A stretch of DNA of 64,000 nucleotides from Chloroflexota bacterium (GCA_965208315.1 OZ242329.1:3371080-3435079), one strand, 5' to 3'; counted from the first letter of the stretch, positions 9,084-19,279 are shown. Notes: generated from the letters alone by a model not told the origin. Numbers and translations: made by a program.

Positions 9084-9593
9084 CTACCGCTGCCGCGTGT
9101 CTTCCAATTCGGACTGAATCTCCTGGATATCCGCCGGCCAGGTGCTCTTGATGAAGGCGAGCACCGCCCAGATTTCGCCATCGCTCATTTTGTCTTCAAA
9201 GCCGGGCATGTTGCTCTTGTAGTCGCTGCCGACAACGGCGGTTGAGCCGTACTTGGTAACGTCGAACAGCAGCGCATCCGTGTGGTGCCAGGTGTGTCCG
9301 GTCACATCATGGGGCGGAGCGGGCAGAAAGCCGTTTTCATCGCGCTCGCGCCAGTTGGGCTGCCCTTCCAAGTTGGCGCCGTGGCAACTCGCGCAATGCA
9401 GTTTATACTGGACTTCACCGCGCCTCACCAGTTGCGCGTCAGTGGCATCCGCCCGCATGGGCTCGCCGCTGCCCCAGACGAACAGCCATAAGGCCGCCAG
9501 GACGATTGCAACAACAACCAAAGCGGCAACCGCAATGAGAATTCTGGTATTTGGGGGCGGTCGACGCCCTTTCGCGGAGTTGCTCGTACTCAT
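9084..9593 (-). CDS. Membrane-anchored monoheme c-type cytochrome
   Basis: N-terminal TM helix, CASCH heme motif, PAPPHDVTGHTWHH and distal Met in MPGF. Confidence 0.92.
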   Translation of the reverse strand: MSTSNSAKGRRPPPNTRILIAVAALVVVAIVLAALWLFVWGSGEPMRADATDAQLVRRGEVQYKLHCASCHGANLEGQPNWRERDENGFLPAPPHDVTGHTWHHTDALLFDVTKYGSTAVVGSDYKSNMPGFEDKMSDGEIWAVLAFIKSTWPADIQEIQSELEDTRQR

Positions 9594-9970
9594 ATGCCAT
9601 CTACACGCAAGACGGTGCTAACTCAACGAGATTACGCTGAGATTTGTCTCGTACCAAGCCCAATACGAACGCTTTCACAGGTCAACGCCAGTCTCTCTGC
9701 GACCATAGTCAGCCAAGATCATTGTACTATGCCAGAGTATTCCAATACCTGGGCGGGGTATTAGTCAGGCGCATAACTAAAGCCCCCTTTGGCATTAGGC
9801 GGGCCGATTAGACGCGTTCTGCCGCGCACGCGCTTCTTTTAAAGGAATGCATGTTAGCAGATTTCTACTAGTACCTGCCGCATTTGCGTGGCAAGCCTAG
9901 CAAATGATGGCGTACTATACAGACAACCTACACGTTAGGCAGCAATATTGAACGAAGAAAGCGAGCAACC

Positions 9971-11134
9971 ATGGCGACAACGAGCAGACCGATTGGGGTA
10001 GCCGTCCTCGGGTGCGGCAGCATTTCCCATCCTCATCTCGATGGGTGGCAGCGGTTGGCGCGAGACGGCGAGGCTCGGCTAGAGGTGGTTTGCGACACCG
10101 CGCGCGAGCGCGCCGAGGCCCAAGGGCAGCGGTATGGCGCGGCTGCTGCCGCCACCGACTATATGGAAGTCTTGCAACGTCCGGAAATCCAGGCCGTTGA
10201 CATCTGCCTACCTCATCATTTGCATCTACCCGCCATACTGGCGGCTGCGGAGGCCGGCGTGCACGTGCTCTGCGAGAAGCCGCTGGTGCTGGATATGGAC
10301 GAGGCTGTGGAGGCCATTCGCGCCTGCCGCGACGCCGGCGTAAAGCTCATGACCGCCGACCGCGACCGGTTCGAGCCGCCTGCCCGCGCGGTAAAGCGCA
10401 TTCTCAACGCCGGGCTCATCGGCGACATTTACCATGTGCTCGAGCGTCACCTGCTCCACAAGGATGTAATCAGGCAGGGAGCCAGTGCGAACATGGGCTG
10501 GAAGCTCGGCAAAGCCACGGCGGGCGGCGGCGCGCTGCATCGCGACGGCTGTTATTACATCGACACCTTGCTCTTCTGGGAGGGCAGCGGCGTGAAACAC
10601 GTCGCGGGCGCGGAGATCGATAATTTCCTCTGGGATACGGCGGAGATCGAGACCACCTCCCACGTGTTGTTCCGCTTCAATAGCGGCGCAATTGGCGTGT
10701 TTGAAATGGTGTGGTGCCTGCAGGGTCCGCAGCACCGCGAAATTTTTGTGTCGGGTAGTGAAGGATATATCAAGCTGGAAGGTGGAATCGGCCACGGCTC
10801 CGATGCCACGATCACGCTCTATAGCAATAAGATCCCGTGGCTGGCGTTTGACGATCCCCAGGTCGCCCAAGCCTTTGCCAATTGCACGTTCGAGCAACCC
10901 AGTCGCAACAATCCGGAGATGGCCAACGAAAAGCTCGTGATGCACGTGCCGTATGCGGGCGGCTTCACCGCCCAGGAGAAGGAGTTCCTGGCCGCCATCC
11001 GGGAGGACCGCGAACCGGAATCTAACGGCATCGACGGCGCGCGGTCGCTGGAAGTGGTGGAAGGCGCGTATCTCGCGGCGCAGGAGGGTCGGCGCATTGA
11101 CTTTCCACTGCGGGACTGGGAGTCGCTGCGGTAG
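9971..11134 (+). CDS. Gfo/Idh/MocA-family oxidoreductase
   Basis: GVAVLGCGSI Rossmann motif, ICLPHHLH and HVLCEKP. Confidence 0.92.
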   Translation: MATTSRPIGVAVLGCGSISHPHLDGWQRLARDGEARLEVVCDTARERAEAQGQRYGAAAAATDYMEVLQRPEIQAVDICLPHHLHLPAILAAAEAGVHVLCEKPLVLDMDEAVEAIRACRDAGVKLMTADRDRFEPPARAVKRILNAGLIGDIYHVLERHLLHKDVIRQGASANMGWKLGKATAGGGALHRDGCYYIDTLLFWEGSGVKHVAGAEIDNFLWDTAEIETTSHVLFRFNSGAIGVFEMVWCLQGPQHREIFVSGSEGYIKLEGGIGHGSDATITLYSNKIPWLAFDDPQVAQAFANCTFEQPSRNNPEMANEKLVMHVPYAGGFTAQEKEFLAAIREDREPESNGIDGARSLEVVEGAYLAAQEGRRIDFPLRDWESLR

Positions 11135-11276
11135 CTTTAAAAAAAGACGACGAGGAATACCGTCCCGCAGTTTGCTAGAGAAATAATCCGCCTGGAACAC
11201 GTGCTTTCAACCTACGAGTGCAAGGACTTTCGTGGGATTGCCTTCAATCTAAAATCGCCAAGAGAGGGAGTTGAAC

Positions 11277-12284
11277 ATGCGCTATCGTCCGCTGGGCAAC
11301 ACAGGGCATCATGTTTCGGAAGTCGGCTTGGGCACGTATCCGTTGGGCGGCACGCTTATAACGAGCGGCAGCTACTGGACGGGCCCGGCCACGTACGGCG
11401 AAGTATTGCTCGAGACCGCGGTGGAGACGATCCACCACGGGCTGTCGCTGGGCGTCAACTTCATCGACACCGCGCCGGTGTACTCGGAAGCTGAAGTCTA
11501 CATTGCCGAGGCGTTGCGCCGGCGGCCCCAACACCTGAAGCACATGGAGGTCTTTGTCGAGACCAAGGGCGGCGAGCACGTCAGGCCGGTGGCCGACGGC
11601 GGTGACCCCGTTCTGGCGCGGGACTTTAGCCGCGAGGCCTTACGCGCCAGCGTGCTGCGCAGCAAGGAGCGCTTGCAGACGGACCTCATCGAAGCTGTGC
11701 TCCTGCATAGTCCGGTCGCTGAGGAATTGGCAGAAGACCCGCTGGGCCTGCTCGTCGAGATGCGCGCAGAACGGCACATGGGGCACATTGGCGTCTCTGC
11801 CAGCGACACAACGGAAGCCATCCGCCTCATTGAGGAAGACGGCCGCGCGGAAATCATACAGATCGGGTTCAGCCTGCTGGAACCGGATCCCACCGAGCGG
11901 CTCTTGCCTCTGGCGGAAGAGCGCGGCATCGCCATCGTCATCCGATCGCCGCTGGCCTCCGGCTTCCTCTCAGGCTCGTTCACGGCGGACCATGAGTTTG
12001 GGCCGGACGACCACCGTAGTCTCATTCCGCGGGAACGGCTCGCGGAGCGTCTGCGGGAGGCGGAGTCGTTCATGTGGCTGGTCGAGGAAGGGATTGCCGA
12101 AAGCCTGAGCGAAGCCGCCCTGCGTTACATCCTCAGCTTCTCCGGAGTGACCTCAGTGATTCCCGGCGCCATGAATCCTGCGGAGCTCGAGCAGAATGTG
12201 GCGATTTCCGATCTTGGCCCCCTGCCGGAGGCGGCGCTGGCGCGCATTGTGGAGACGCAGCGGGAGTTGGGACTACTGAGTTAG
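11277..12284 (+). CDS. Aldo/keto reductase
   Basis: MRYRPLGNTGHHVSEVGLGT, NFIDTAPVY, ETKGG, LLHSP and VIPGAMN; RBS GAGGGAG. Confidence 0.92.
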   Translation: MRYRPLGNTGHHVSEVGLGTYPLGGTLITSGSYWTGPATYGEVLLETAVETIHHGLSLGVNFIDTAPVYSEAEVYIAEALRRRPQHLKHMEVFVETKGGEHVRPVADGGDPVLARDFSREALRASVLRSKERLQTDLIEAVLLHSPVAEELAEDPLGLLVEMRAERHMGHIGVSASDTTEAIRLIEEDGRAEIIQIGFSLLEPDPTERLLPLAEERGIAIVIRSPLASGFLSGSFTADHEFGPDDHRSLIPRERLAERLREAESFMWLVEEGIAESLSEAALRYILSFSGVTSVIPGAMNPAELEQNVAISDLGPLPEAALARIVETQRELGLLS

Positions 12285-12403
12285 GGAGGACCAACGTCCT
12301 TGTATGAGGCCAGTGCGTCGGAATCGACTTCATCGCGGGCAGTGCACAATTGTGCGATGAGCGAGTTTTCAGCTCACGATTGTGCTTGCCTCTTGCGCGC
12401 AGA

Positions 12404-12427
12404 GCGGGGGACAAGCCCCCGCGCTAC
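12404..12427. repeat. GTAG-type REP, family B (GTAGCGCGGGGGCTTGTCCCCCGC), inverted copy
   Basis: Other copies at 16518-16541, 19444-19467, 25066-25085, 25321-25344, 29023-29046 and 37807-37830. Confidence 0.85.
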
Positions 12428-12473
12428 AAGGGAAGCGGTCTGGACCGGTCATTCTTACGCAAGCGGTCGAAAT

Positions 12474-12506
12474 CCGTCATTCCCGCGAAAGCGGGAATCC
12501 ATCTTC
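12474..12506. repeat. CGTC-type REP (CCGTCATTCCCGCGAAAGCGGGAATCCATCTT)
   Basis: GAAA-loop hairpin; inverted copies at 16574-16604, 37894-37923 and 45935-45967. Confidence 0.88.
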
Positions 12507-12820
12507 TCTTGCCCCCATAGCGCCGCCTTAGTGGGTAAATGCTCCTCGAAACGGCCTCGTGTCTTAGGCAGATTGCAATCGCAGCCCACGTGTGCGCACA
12601 TCCAACAGGTTTGACTAACGCGAATGCATTGCATCTATCCACCGCTCCCGCCATAATACACTTACGGTTCACCCCCAATTCATTTCGCGGCACGAAAGGA
12701 GGGCGCACAACAGGCAGGAATCCTATGGAGGTCCGAACGATGCTCTTACCAATCCGTGTTTGAGTACCGCTCTTATACACGTGTGACTTGACCTAATGGC
12801 AAGTCCCGGAGGTGAAGCAA

Positions 12821-14209
12821 ATGAAAACTGATGAACGCAAGACCAAATTGACACGACGCTCGATGCTTTGGCTGGGCGGCGGCACGCTCGGCGCCATTGC
12901 CCTGGCTGCCTGCGGGCAGGCGACGATGCCCGCCGCGACGGACGATGCACCCGCGGCCGAAGAGAAAGAAGCGGAAGCCAAAGAGCCGGAGCCGCAGGCA
13001 GAGCCCGTTACCCTGGATTGGGCGCTCTGGGGCGACTCCACCTGGGTGGAAGCGGCGCAGGCCGGCGCCGATGCGTACACGGCAGACAACCCAAACGTCA
13101 CTCTCAACGTCCTCGGCGTGAAGGACAGTCCGTCAGTCTACATTACGTCCTGGGTGGCCGGGTCCGGCCCCGACATTGCGATGACGTGGGGTGTGAATCT
13201 CGTCCAAGCGGGACGGGAGGGACTGCTGCTCGACATGGATCCCTTCATCAAGCGCGACAGCTTTCCCATGGACGACTACATTCCCTTCCAGCTCGGCGCA
13301 ATGCGCTGGCCGGAGACGGGTCAATACGGTCTGCCCATGTACATCAATGTCTACGTGCTCTGGTATAACAGGCAGGTCTTCGATAAGAAGGGCCTGGCGT
13401 TCCCCGATGACAACTGGGGCTGGGACGAGTATCAGGATGCGATGCTCAGGCTAACCGACCGCCCGAACACCGTCTTTGGCGGCGTTGACGCGGGCTGGGG
13501 CCGCGGCATATGGAAGATCGTGCAAAACGGCGGCACTATTGTCGATCCGGAAAACGACCGCCACGCCACCTTCGATAGTCCGGAAGCCATTGAGGCCATG
13601 GAGTGGGTACACGCCCGCTTCCACCAGGACCGGAGCATGGTGCACGGTGAGGAGTGGGCGGCGCTGGACCGAAGCAAGGTCCAGGCCCTGATGCAGGGCA
13701 CCTTGGCAACCTGGGAAGAAGGTTCGTGGGGGCCGGGGCAGTACTCGATAGACTACCCTGATAACGTCGCGGACTGGGACGTAGTCCCACTGCCCCAGGG
13801 CCCGGCGGCCCGCGCTACCCAGGGTTCCATCGACGCGTGGGTGGTTTGGGGAAACACCAAAGACCCGGATACGGCGTGGGACTTCATGAAATTCCTGCAG
13901 ACCGATACCTATCTGGACTTGCAGTGCCAGATCGCCAGCATCCAGCATCCGCGCGCCTCGTTGCAGGACCGCTACATCAGCATCATGAAAGAGAACTTCC
14001 CGGCGCTCGCGGACAAGAACCTCGACGCCTTCGCGCACCCCGTGCGCGGCAAGTACGCCTGGCCGAACGGCGGCCTGTTCCGCAAAGATGCCGAGGTCTT
14101 CGGGATCCTCGCGGAGGCCTGGCAGACAGCCATCGTCGAGGACAAGATCACGGTGGCGGAGGCGTTCACCGATGGCGCCGCGCGCGCCAACGCGCTGATG
14201 GCGGAGTGA
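12821..14209 (+). CDS. Extracellular solute-binding lipoprotein, sugar-type family 1, Tat-type signal (orphan)
   Basis: LTRRSMLWLGGGTLGAIALAAC signal, GPDI, LLDMDPFIK, QYGLP, LWYNRQVFDKKG and AWDFMKFL. SD GGAGGT before the ATG at 12821. Confidence 0.9.
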   Translation: MKTDERKTKLTRRSMLWLGGGTLGAIALAACGQATMPAATDDAPAAEEKEAEAKEPEPQAEPVTLDWALWGDSTWVEAAQAGADAYTADNPNVTLNVLGVKDSPSVYITSWVAGSGPDIAMTWGVNLVQAGREGLLLDMDPFIKRDSFPMDDYIPFQLGAMRWPETGQYGLPMYINVYVLWYNRQVFDKKGLAFPDDNWGWDEYQDAMLRLTDRPNTVFGGVDAGWGRGIWKIVQNGGTIVDPENDRHATFDSPEAIEAMEWVHARFHQDRSMVHGEEWAALDRSKVQALMQGTLATWEEGSWGPGQYSIDYPDNVADWDVVPLPQGPAARATQGSIDAWVVWGNTKDPDTAWDFMKFLQTDTYLDLQCQIASIQHPRASLQDRYISIMKENFPALADKNLDAFAHPVRGKYAWPNGGLFRKDAEVFGILAEAWQTAIVEDKITVAEAFTDGAARANALMAE

Positions 14210-14339
14210 TTAGGGTAGGCGCCCAAACTCAAGGCGCTTGGCGGGTGCTCTGCATACGGCCTGCGCTCATTGGCGGCGGTGGGTATGATGTATTTGATGA
14301 ACCGCCGCTAGGCGCGCCGCTCGAAACATGACGCTCCTG

Positions 14340-14406
14340 GTAGGGGCACGACATGTCGTGCTCACGTACAATGCGGTCGTAGGGGCACGATATATCGTGC
14401 CCCTAC
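14340..14406. repeat. Two tandem family-A GTAG REPs
   Basis: GTAGGGGCACGACATGTCGTGCTC and GTAGGGGCACGATATATCGTGCCCCTAC. Confidence 0.8.
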
Positions 14407-14443
14407 GTATGCGCGGTAGTCCGATTGAGAGAGATTGTTACGA

Positions 14444-15460
14444 ATGCTCGTTACCACTTCCGGTCGATTTCCCATTGTGAGCAACGGTCAACACCCTTTG
14501 CGTGCGGCCGTTGAGGAGTGGCGGGCGCGGGTGACACCGACCCCCGAAGCCGCGTGGCAAGATACAGAACTGCGCGCCGTGCAGGCGGAGACCCAAGCGG
14601 AACTGCTGGCGGCGCAGAGCGAGGCCGGTGCGGACATCCTCGATACGGGCTATGTGCCTGTTTACGACGAATGGTTCCAAATGGCGCGGGCGGCGCCAGA
14701 CCTCGAGGTCGCCGCCCCGCTGCGCTACCTCGATACGAACACGTACTACCACCATTGGGTCTTGGATAAAGTGCCGAAACGCAATGGTGAAAGCCCCATT
14801 GTAAGCGCTTACCGCCACGCCGCATCGCTTACTGATGTGCCGCTCAAGCCGACGCTCTTTGGCCCGTATACAATCTATGCGTATGCCGACCGGCAGGGGC
14901 CAGGGGATACACCGGAGGCTTTTGCTGCGCTGGTGGATATGTGGGCGGCGGACGTTGCTGCCTTGGCCGCGGCCGGAGCAAAGTACGTGCAGATCGAAGA
15001 GTCGGTAGTCCTCCGTCCCAAGCACCGGGCCGACTTTCCGCTGGTGGCACAGGCCGTGGAGCGCATAGCGAGCGCCGCCCCGGATACCACAGTTGTCGTA
15101 CACCTGGCGTGCGGCGAGATCGGCGATCTGCTGTTGCCGTTTCTCGAAATCCCCGGCCTGGGCGGGTTGGGACTGGACTTCACCGACGCGTACCGCGCGC
15201 CGAATCTGGCTGCGCTCAAGCAATGGCGCGGCGACACATTCCTGCAGGCCGGCATTGCCGACGCCCGCAGCATCCGCGTGGAAACCGAAGCGGACCTGCA
15301 CGAGACCTTGAACGCGATTTCGGCAAACGTCCCGGCCGAGCGTTGCTGGGCCGCGCCGAGCACGACCTTGCTCCACCTGCCGCGCCATGCCGCATTCGAG
15401 AAGCTTGCCAAACTGGCGAGCGCGGCCCACTCATTCAACGGCAAGAGGACGCTGCCATGA
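14444..15460 (+). CDS. MetE N-terminal (folate-binding-like) half of a split cobalamin-independent methionine synthase
   Basis: MLVTTSGRFP, QSEAGADILDTG, YLDTNTYYH, KPTLFGPYT, YVQIEE and GLGLDF; no complete Zn ligand set. ATGA-coupled to the catalytic half. Confidence 0.75.
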   Translation: MLVTTSGRFPIVSNGQHPLRAAVEEWRARVTPTPEAAWQDTELRAVQAETQAELLAAQSEAGADILDTGYVPVYDEWFQMARAAPDLEVAAPLRYLDTNTYYHHWVLDKVPKRNGESPIVSAYRHAASLTDVPLKPTLFGPYTIYAYADRQGPGDTPEAFAALVDMWAADVAALAAAGAKYVQIEESVVLRPKHRADFPLVAQAVERIASAAPDTTVVVHLACGEIGDLLLPFLEIPGLGGLGLDFTDAYRAPNLAALKQWRGDTFLQAGIADARSIRVETEADLHETLNAISANVPAERCWAAPSTTLLHLPRHAAFEKLAKLASAAHSFNGKRTLP

Positions 15461-16452
15461 GCCAACTTCCGATTCTGCCCATCTCCAGCATCGGCAGCTT
15501 GCCGAAACCGCCGGATCTCTTCCAAGCGGAGATGGCGCCGCTGGAGCAGCAGGACCGCGCCTGGATGCGCCAAGCCCAAGAAACGGCGGTGGCAGACTGG
15601 CTTGCGACCCAGGAGTCCCTCGGCATTGACGTGCTCGTCGACGGCGAGCAGTACCGGCGTTCCATGACTACCTATTTCCTGGAAGGCTGGGGCTGCGCCG
15701 ACATCGATCCTGATGCGGTATGGGTCTTGGACAACATGTACGGCCAGCGGGCCGTCATCAAGCGCCCGGCCACCGAGTCGCGCACGCTGCTCCTCGATTG
15801 GTACCAATTCGCCGCCGCCCGCGCTCAGAGCGAATTGAAAGTCACCGTCACCGGCCCGTACACCTTGCGGGACTGGGTCTTCGATCTCCACTATCCCGAC
15901 CGCGCCGCTGCGGTGCTAGCTATGGCGGAGTACGTGCGGGAGGAGGTGCAGGCGCTCGTCGCGGCGGGCGTGCGCTACCTGCAAATCGACGAACCGGCGT
16001 TTGTTACCCGGTACGATCAGCCCGCCGAGCTTGACGTTGCCATCGAGGGCATGCGGCGCATCTGCGCCGGGCTGCCGGAGCACGTCACCATCTTTACCCA
16101 CATGTGCTACGGCGCTTTTCACGAGGTCTATCCCAAGATGCTGGAGTTGCCAGCGCAGGTCTTTTGCCTGGAGCTTGCTCACGTCGCGCCGGAAATGCTC
16201 GACATCCTGCGCCAGCATCCCTTTCCCGCCGACCGCGGCATGGGTTATGGCGTTGTGGATGCGCAGGACCCCCGTGTAGAATCGGTGGAGGAGATCGAGG
16301 CGCGCATTCGCTTGGCGCTAGAGTACTTCGCGCCGGAGCAATTGTGGATCAATCCTGATTGCGGGTTGCAGGTAGTTCCCCGGGAGTCTGCCGTTGCCAA
16401 GCTGGAGAATCTTGTGGCAGCGACACACCGCGTGCGCCAATCTCTGGCTTGA
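15457..16452 (+). CDS. metE: MetE catalytic (Zn-binding) half, cobalamin-independent methionine synthase
   Basis: SSIGSLPKP, GIDVLVDGEQYR, LQIDEPA, and Zn ligands in THMCYG and WINPDCGL. Confidence 0.85.
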   Translation: MSQLPILPISSIGSLPKPPDLFQAEMAPLEQQDRAWMRQAQETAVADWLATQESLGIDVLVDGEQYRRSMTTYFLEGWGCADIDPDAVWVLDNMYGQRAVIKRPATESRTLLLDWYQFAAARAQSELKVTVTGPYTLRDWVFDLHYPDRAAAVLAMAEYVREEVQALVAAGVRYLQIDEPAFVTRYDQPAELDVAIEGMRRICAGLPEHVTIFTHMCYGAFHEVYPKMLELPAQVFCLELAHVAPEMLDILRQHPFPADRGMGYGVVDAQDPRVESVEEIEARIRLALEYFAPEQLWINPDCGLQVVPRESAVAKLENLVAATHRVRQSLA

Positions 16453-16517
16453 ACGCCGGCATTGCGCAGTCTCTTCACGCCTTGAAAGTGCATAAGACCA
16501 AGGCTGAAGGGTATGCT

Positions 16518-16604
16518 GTAGCCTGGGGGCTTGTCCCCCGCTCCGGGCGTGGCAAGCGCAACGATGTCAAGAGAAGATGGATTCCCGCTTTCGCGGGAAT
16601 GACG
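16518..16604. repeat. Composite REP cluster (family-B GTAG + CGTC REP)
   Basis: GTAGCCTGGGGGCTTGTCCCCCGC and AAGATGGATTCCCGCTTTCGCGGGAATGACG downstream of metE. Confidence 0.8.
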
Positions 16605-16695
16605 TGGAAGCAAACCTAGCCAGCCCACGTGCGCGGGAATGACGCAAATCATCTACAAATCTGCGTAACCATCGAGAATGCGAAAGGATGCCGAG

Positions 16696-17094
16696 ATGAG
16701 CCGACAAGACAGCGAGACCCATGTCAAGATTGTGGCGTGGTTGCACATTGTTCTCAGCGCTTTGGTGCTGCTTGTGACGGCGCTAGTCTTAATTGTGTTT
16801 TTAGGTATCGGGCTGTTGCTGGCTACCACCGATGAAGCGGCGGCTATGGGAATCTTTGCCGTGATTGCCACGATAGTTGGCGGGTTCCTCTTTCTCGTCT
16901 CCGTTCCAGGGCTGATAGGCGGCATCGGCCTGCTGCAGCGGCAGAACTGGGCGCGCATTCTTGTGCTCATCCTGAGCGTGCTCCAACTTTTCAACGTGCC
17001 CTTTGGCACGGCGGTTGGCGTATATTCGCTGTGGGTGCTCACGCGGGACGAAACGGCGGCGCTCTTTGGCGAATCGAGAGGCTGGAGTGAATAG
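16696..17094 (+). CDS. Small integral membrane protein (about 4 TM), function unknown
   Basis: HVKIVAWLHIV..., GLIGGIGLL and PFGTAVGVYSLWVL; hydrophobic helices and typical codon usage. Confidence 0.8.
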   Translation: MSRQDSETHVKIVAWLHIVLSALVLLVTALVLIVFLGIGLLLATTDEAAAMGIFAVIATIVGGFLFLVSVPGLIGGIGLLQRQNWARILVLILSVLQLFNVPFGTAVGVYSLWVLTRDETAALFGESRGWSE

Positions 17095-17161
17095 ACAGCT
17101 CTTGCCGTAGCATACTGTAAGTCCAACGGAATTCCCTGCCACCCGCAAGGAGAAAAAGCAC

Positions 17162-18220
17162 ATGAGTGTAGCTTCGCGACCGTATATCGATCCCGTGGAA
17201 GGGCTGATCGCCCGCGCCAAGGCGACCGCGGCGCCTATGAACCTGCCGACCGATGCCGCCGAATGGCGCGCGTGGCACGAGCGCACGCTGATTCAGGTGC
17301 GGGAGATGATCGGCCCCTATCCCGACCCCGTGGCACTCAACGTCGAGGTGGTCGAGCGCCACGATGAGGGCAGCTATATTCGCGAGAAGATCTACTATGA
17401 TAGCGAAGCCTTCGCCACCGTGCCCGCTTGGCTCCTCACGCCTAAGGACATCAAAGCAGGCGAACGGCGGCCGGGCATTCTCTGCGCCCACGGTCACGGG
17501 CGCGGCAAGGATGACGCTGCCGGCGTGCTGCCGCCGGCAGACCACCCTGACTACGCGGGGCAAGTGAAGCGGAAGTCCGGCGTGGATTATGCCCATCAGC
17601 TCGCCGAGCGCGGCTACGTGTGCCTCGCACCTGACTGGCGGGGCTTCGGTGAACGGTTGGGCCCGGAGGAGTGGCGGCGCAATTCCCGCGACGGTTGCAA
17701 TGCGCTCTATCTCGGCTACGGCTATCTGGGCTTCCAGTTGCTCGCGCTCGATATCTGGGACGGCATGCGCGGCATCGACCTGCTGCAGGGTCTACCAAAT
17801 GTAGACGCCGACCGCATCGGCATGATCGGCCTTTCCTTTGGCGGCACGATGACCACATATCTCTCGGCCTTGGATGAGCGCGTCCGCTGCGCCGACATTG
17901 TCTGCTACCTCAGCACGCTGTGGGATGCCATCGGCCATCGCGGCCGGGGCAATACGTGCGGCTCGCAGTTTGCGCGCGGCCTCCTGACCTTCGGCGACAT
18001 TGCCTCCGTGGCCGGTCTCATTGCGCCGCGCCCGTGCCTCGTGGAGGTCGGCGAACTGGACGACTGCTTTGTGAAGGACGATGCGCTGCGCTGCTATGCC
18101 GACGTGGAGCGCATTTACGCCGCCGCAGGAGCCGCTGACAGACTGGACTTGGACCTGCACCCCGGCGGCCACGCCTTTAGCGGCGCGAAGGCCTTCGACT
18201 GGTTTGCGCGGTGGTTGTAG
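17162..18220 (+). CDS. Alpha/beta hydrolase (dienelactone hydrolase/acetylxylan-esterase-like)
   Basis: ILCAHGHG, APDWRGFGER, nucleophile elbow GLSFGG and HPGGH. RBS AGGAG. Confidence 0.88.
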   Translation: MSVASRPYIDPVEGLIARAKATAAPMNLPTDAAEWRAWHERTLIQVREMIGPYPDPVALNVEVVERHDEGSYIREKIYYDSEAFATVPAWLLTPKDIKAGERRPGILCAHGHGRGKDDAAGVLPPADHPDYAGQVKRKSGVDYAHQLAERGYVCLAPDWRGFGERLGPEEWRRNSRDGCNALYLGYGYLGFQLLALDIWDGMRGIDLLQGLPNVDADRIGMIGLSFGGTMTTYLSALDERVRCADIVCYLSTLWDAIGHRGRGNTCGSQFARGLLTFGDIASVAGLIAPRPCLVEVGELDDCFVKDDALRCYADVERIYAAAGAADRLDLDLHPGGHAFSGAKAFDWFARWL

Positions 18221-18400
18221 GTTGACCTGTGTATAGGCCGTCCAATGTACTGGTGGATTTGACCGCTAGTACAAGCCAATAGTGGCGCCGTTGCATAGTT
18301 GGCACTGAAATTCCAGCTTGACAGTAAGCATTGCCAGTTCTACCATCAAAGGCAAGTAGACCTCCAATTCCCCAGTATTTGGCCGCATGAGGACAGCACA

Positions 18401-19279
18401 ATGGTACAAGCGCAGGATGCGGGAACCGCCACGGAACTCAAGTTCGACCAATATGAGGGCGATCCCTACAACGATCAACTCTACCGCTATGACAACTGTG
18501 CCGCTGGGCTGGCCAGCATCGATGAATTCTCCGAAGAGCACGTGGCGTTCTATCGAGAGACTGGTTTCCTCGTGATTCAGCAGGTGTTTACGCCTGCTGA
18601 GGTAGAGGATGCGCTGGCGGGCTTCACCGATCTCGTGATCGGCAAGCACCCCGAATTCGTAGGCGTGCAGTTCGAGGCTGCATCTAAGAAATATGTCCGC
18701 ACCTTGTCGCAAGAGCAGCAACTCGATTGCGTGCGCAAGCTGCAGCTCTTTGTGCAATTTGAACCGCGCATGGAAGCCATGGCGTGGCATCCCAATTTGC
18801 AGCGGGTCGTTAGCCGCCTCCTGGAAGCTGAGCCCGAGCTCTTTGCCGACCAGGCGCTGAGCAAGCCCCCCGGCATCGGACGCGAAAAGCCCTGGCACCA
18901 GGATCACGCCTTCTTCAATCTGCCCATGGGCACGCCCATCGTCGGCACGTGGACGGCGCTGGACGCCGCCACCCTGGAAAACGGCTGTATGCACGTGAAA
19001 CCCGGCACGCACAAAGAAGGGCCGGTAGTGCATTTCCGGCGGCGCGACTGGCAAATCTGCGACGACCACCTCGACCTCAACCGTGACGTAGCGGTGCCGC
19101 TCCCACCCGGCGGCGTGCTCTTTTTCGATGGTCTCATGCACCACGGCACACCCGCCAATCGCAGCGAGAGCCGGCGTCGCGCGCTCCAATTCCACTTCAT
19201 TCCCGCAGGCACGGAGCGCATTGAGCAGGAAGACCGCATGGCGGTGTTCGGGAGCGAGGGCAAGGACGTCGATTGCTGA
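18401..19279 (+). CDS. Phytanoyl-CoA dioxygenase-family Fe(II)/2-oxoglutarate oxygenase
   Basis: KPWHQD, WTALD, ENGCMHVKPGTH and HHGTPANRSESRRRA. Confidence 0.9.
   Translation: MVQAQDAGTATELKFDQYEGDPYNDQLYRYDNCAAGLASIDEFSEEHVAFYRETGFLVIQQVFTPAEVEDALAGFTDLVIGKHPEFVGVQFEAASKKYVRTLSQEQQLDCVRKLQLFVQFEPRMEAMAWHPNLQRVVSRLLEAEPELFADQALSKPPGIGREKPWHQDHAFFNLPMGTPIVGTWTALDAATLENGCMHVKPGTHKEGPVVHFRRRDWQICDDHLDLNRDVAVPLPPGGVLFFDGLMHHGTPANRSESRRRALQFHFIPAGTERIEQEDRMAVFGSEGKDVDC

Noticed and set aside
14210-14443. Expected SAM or cobalamin riboswitch upstream of the split metE
   Set aside because: No recognisable aptamer core; the region is explained by two REP copies.
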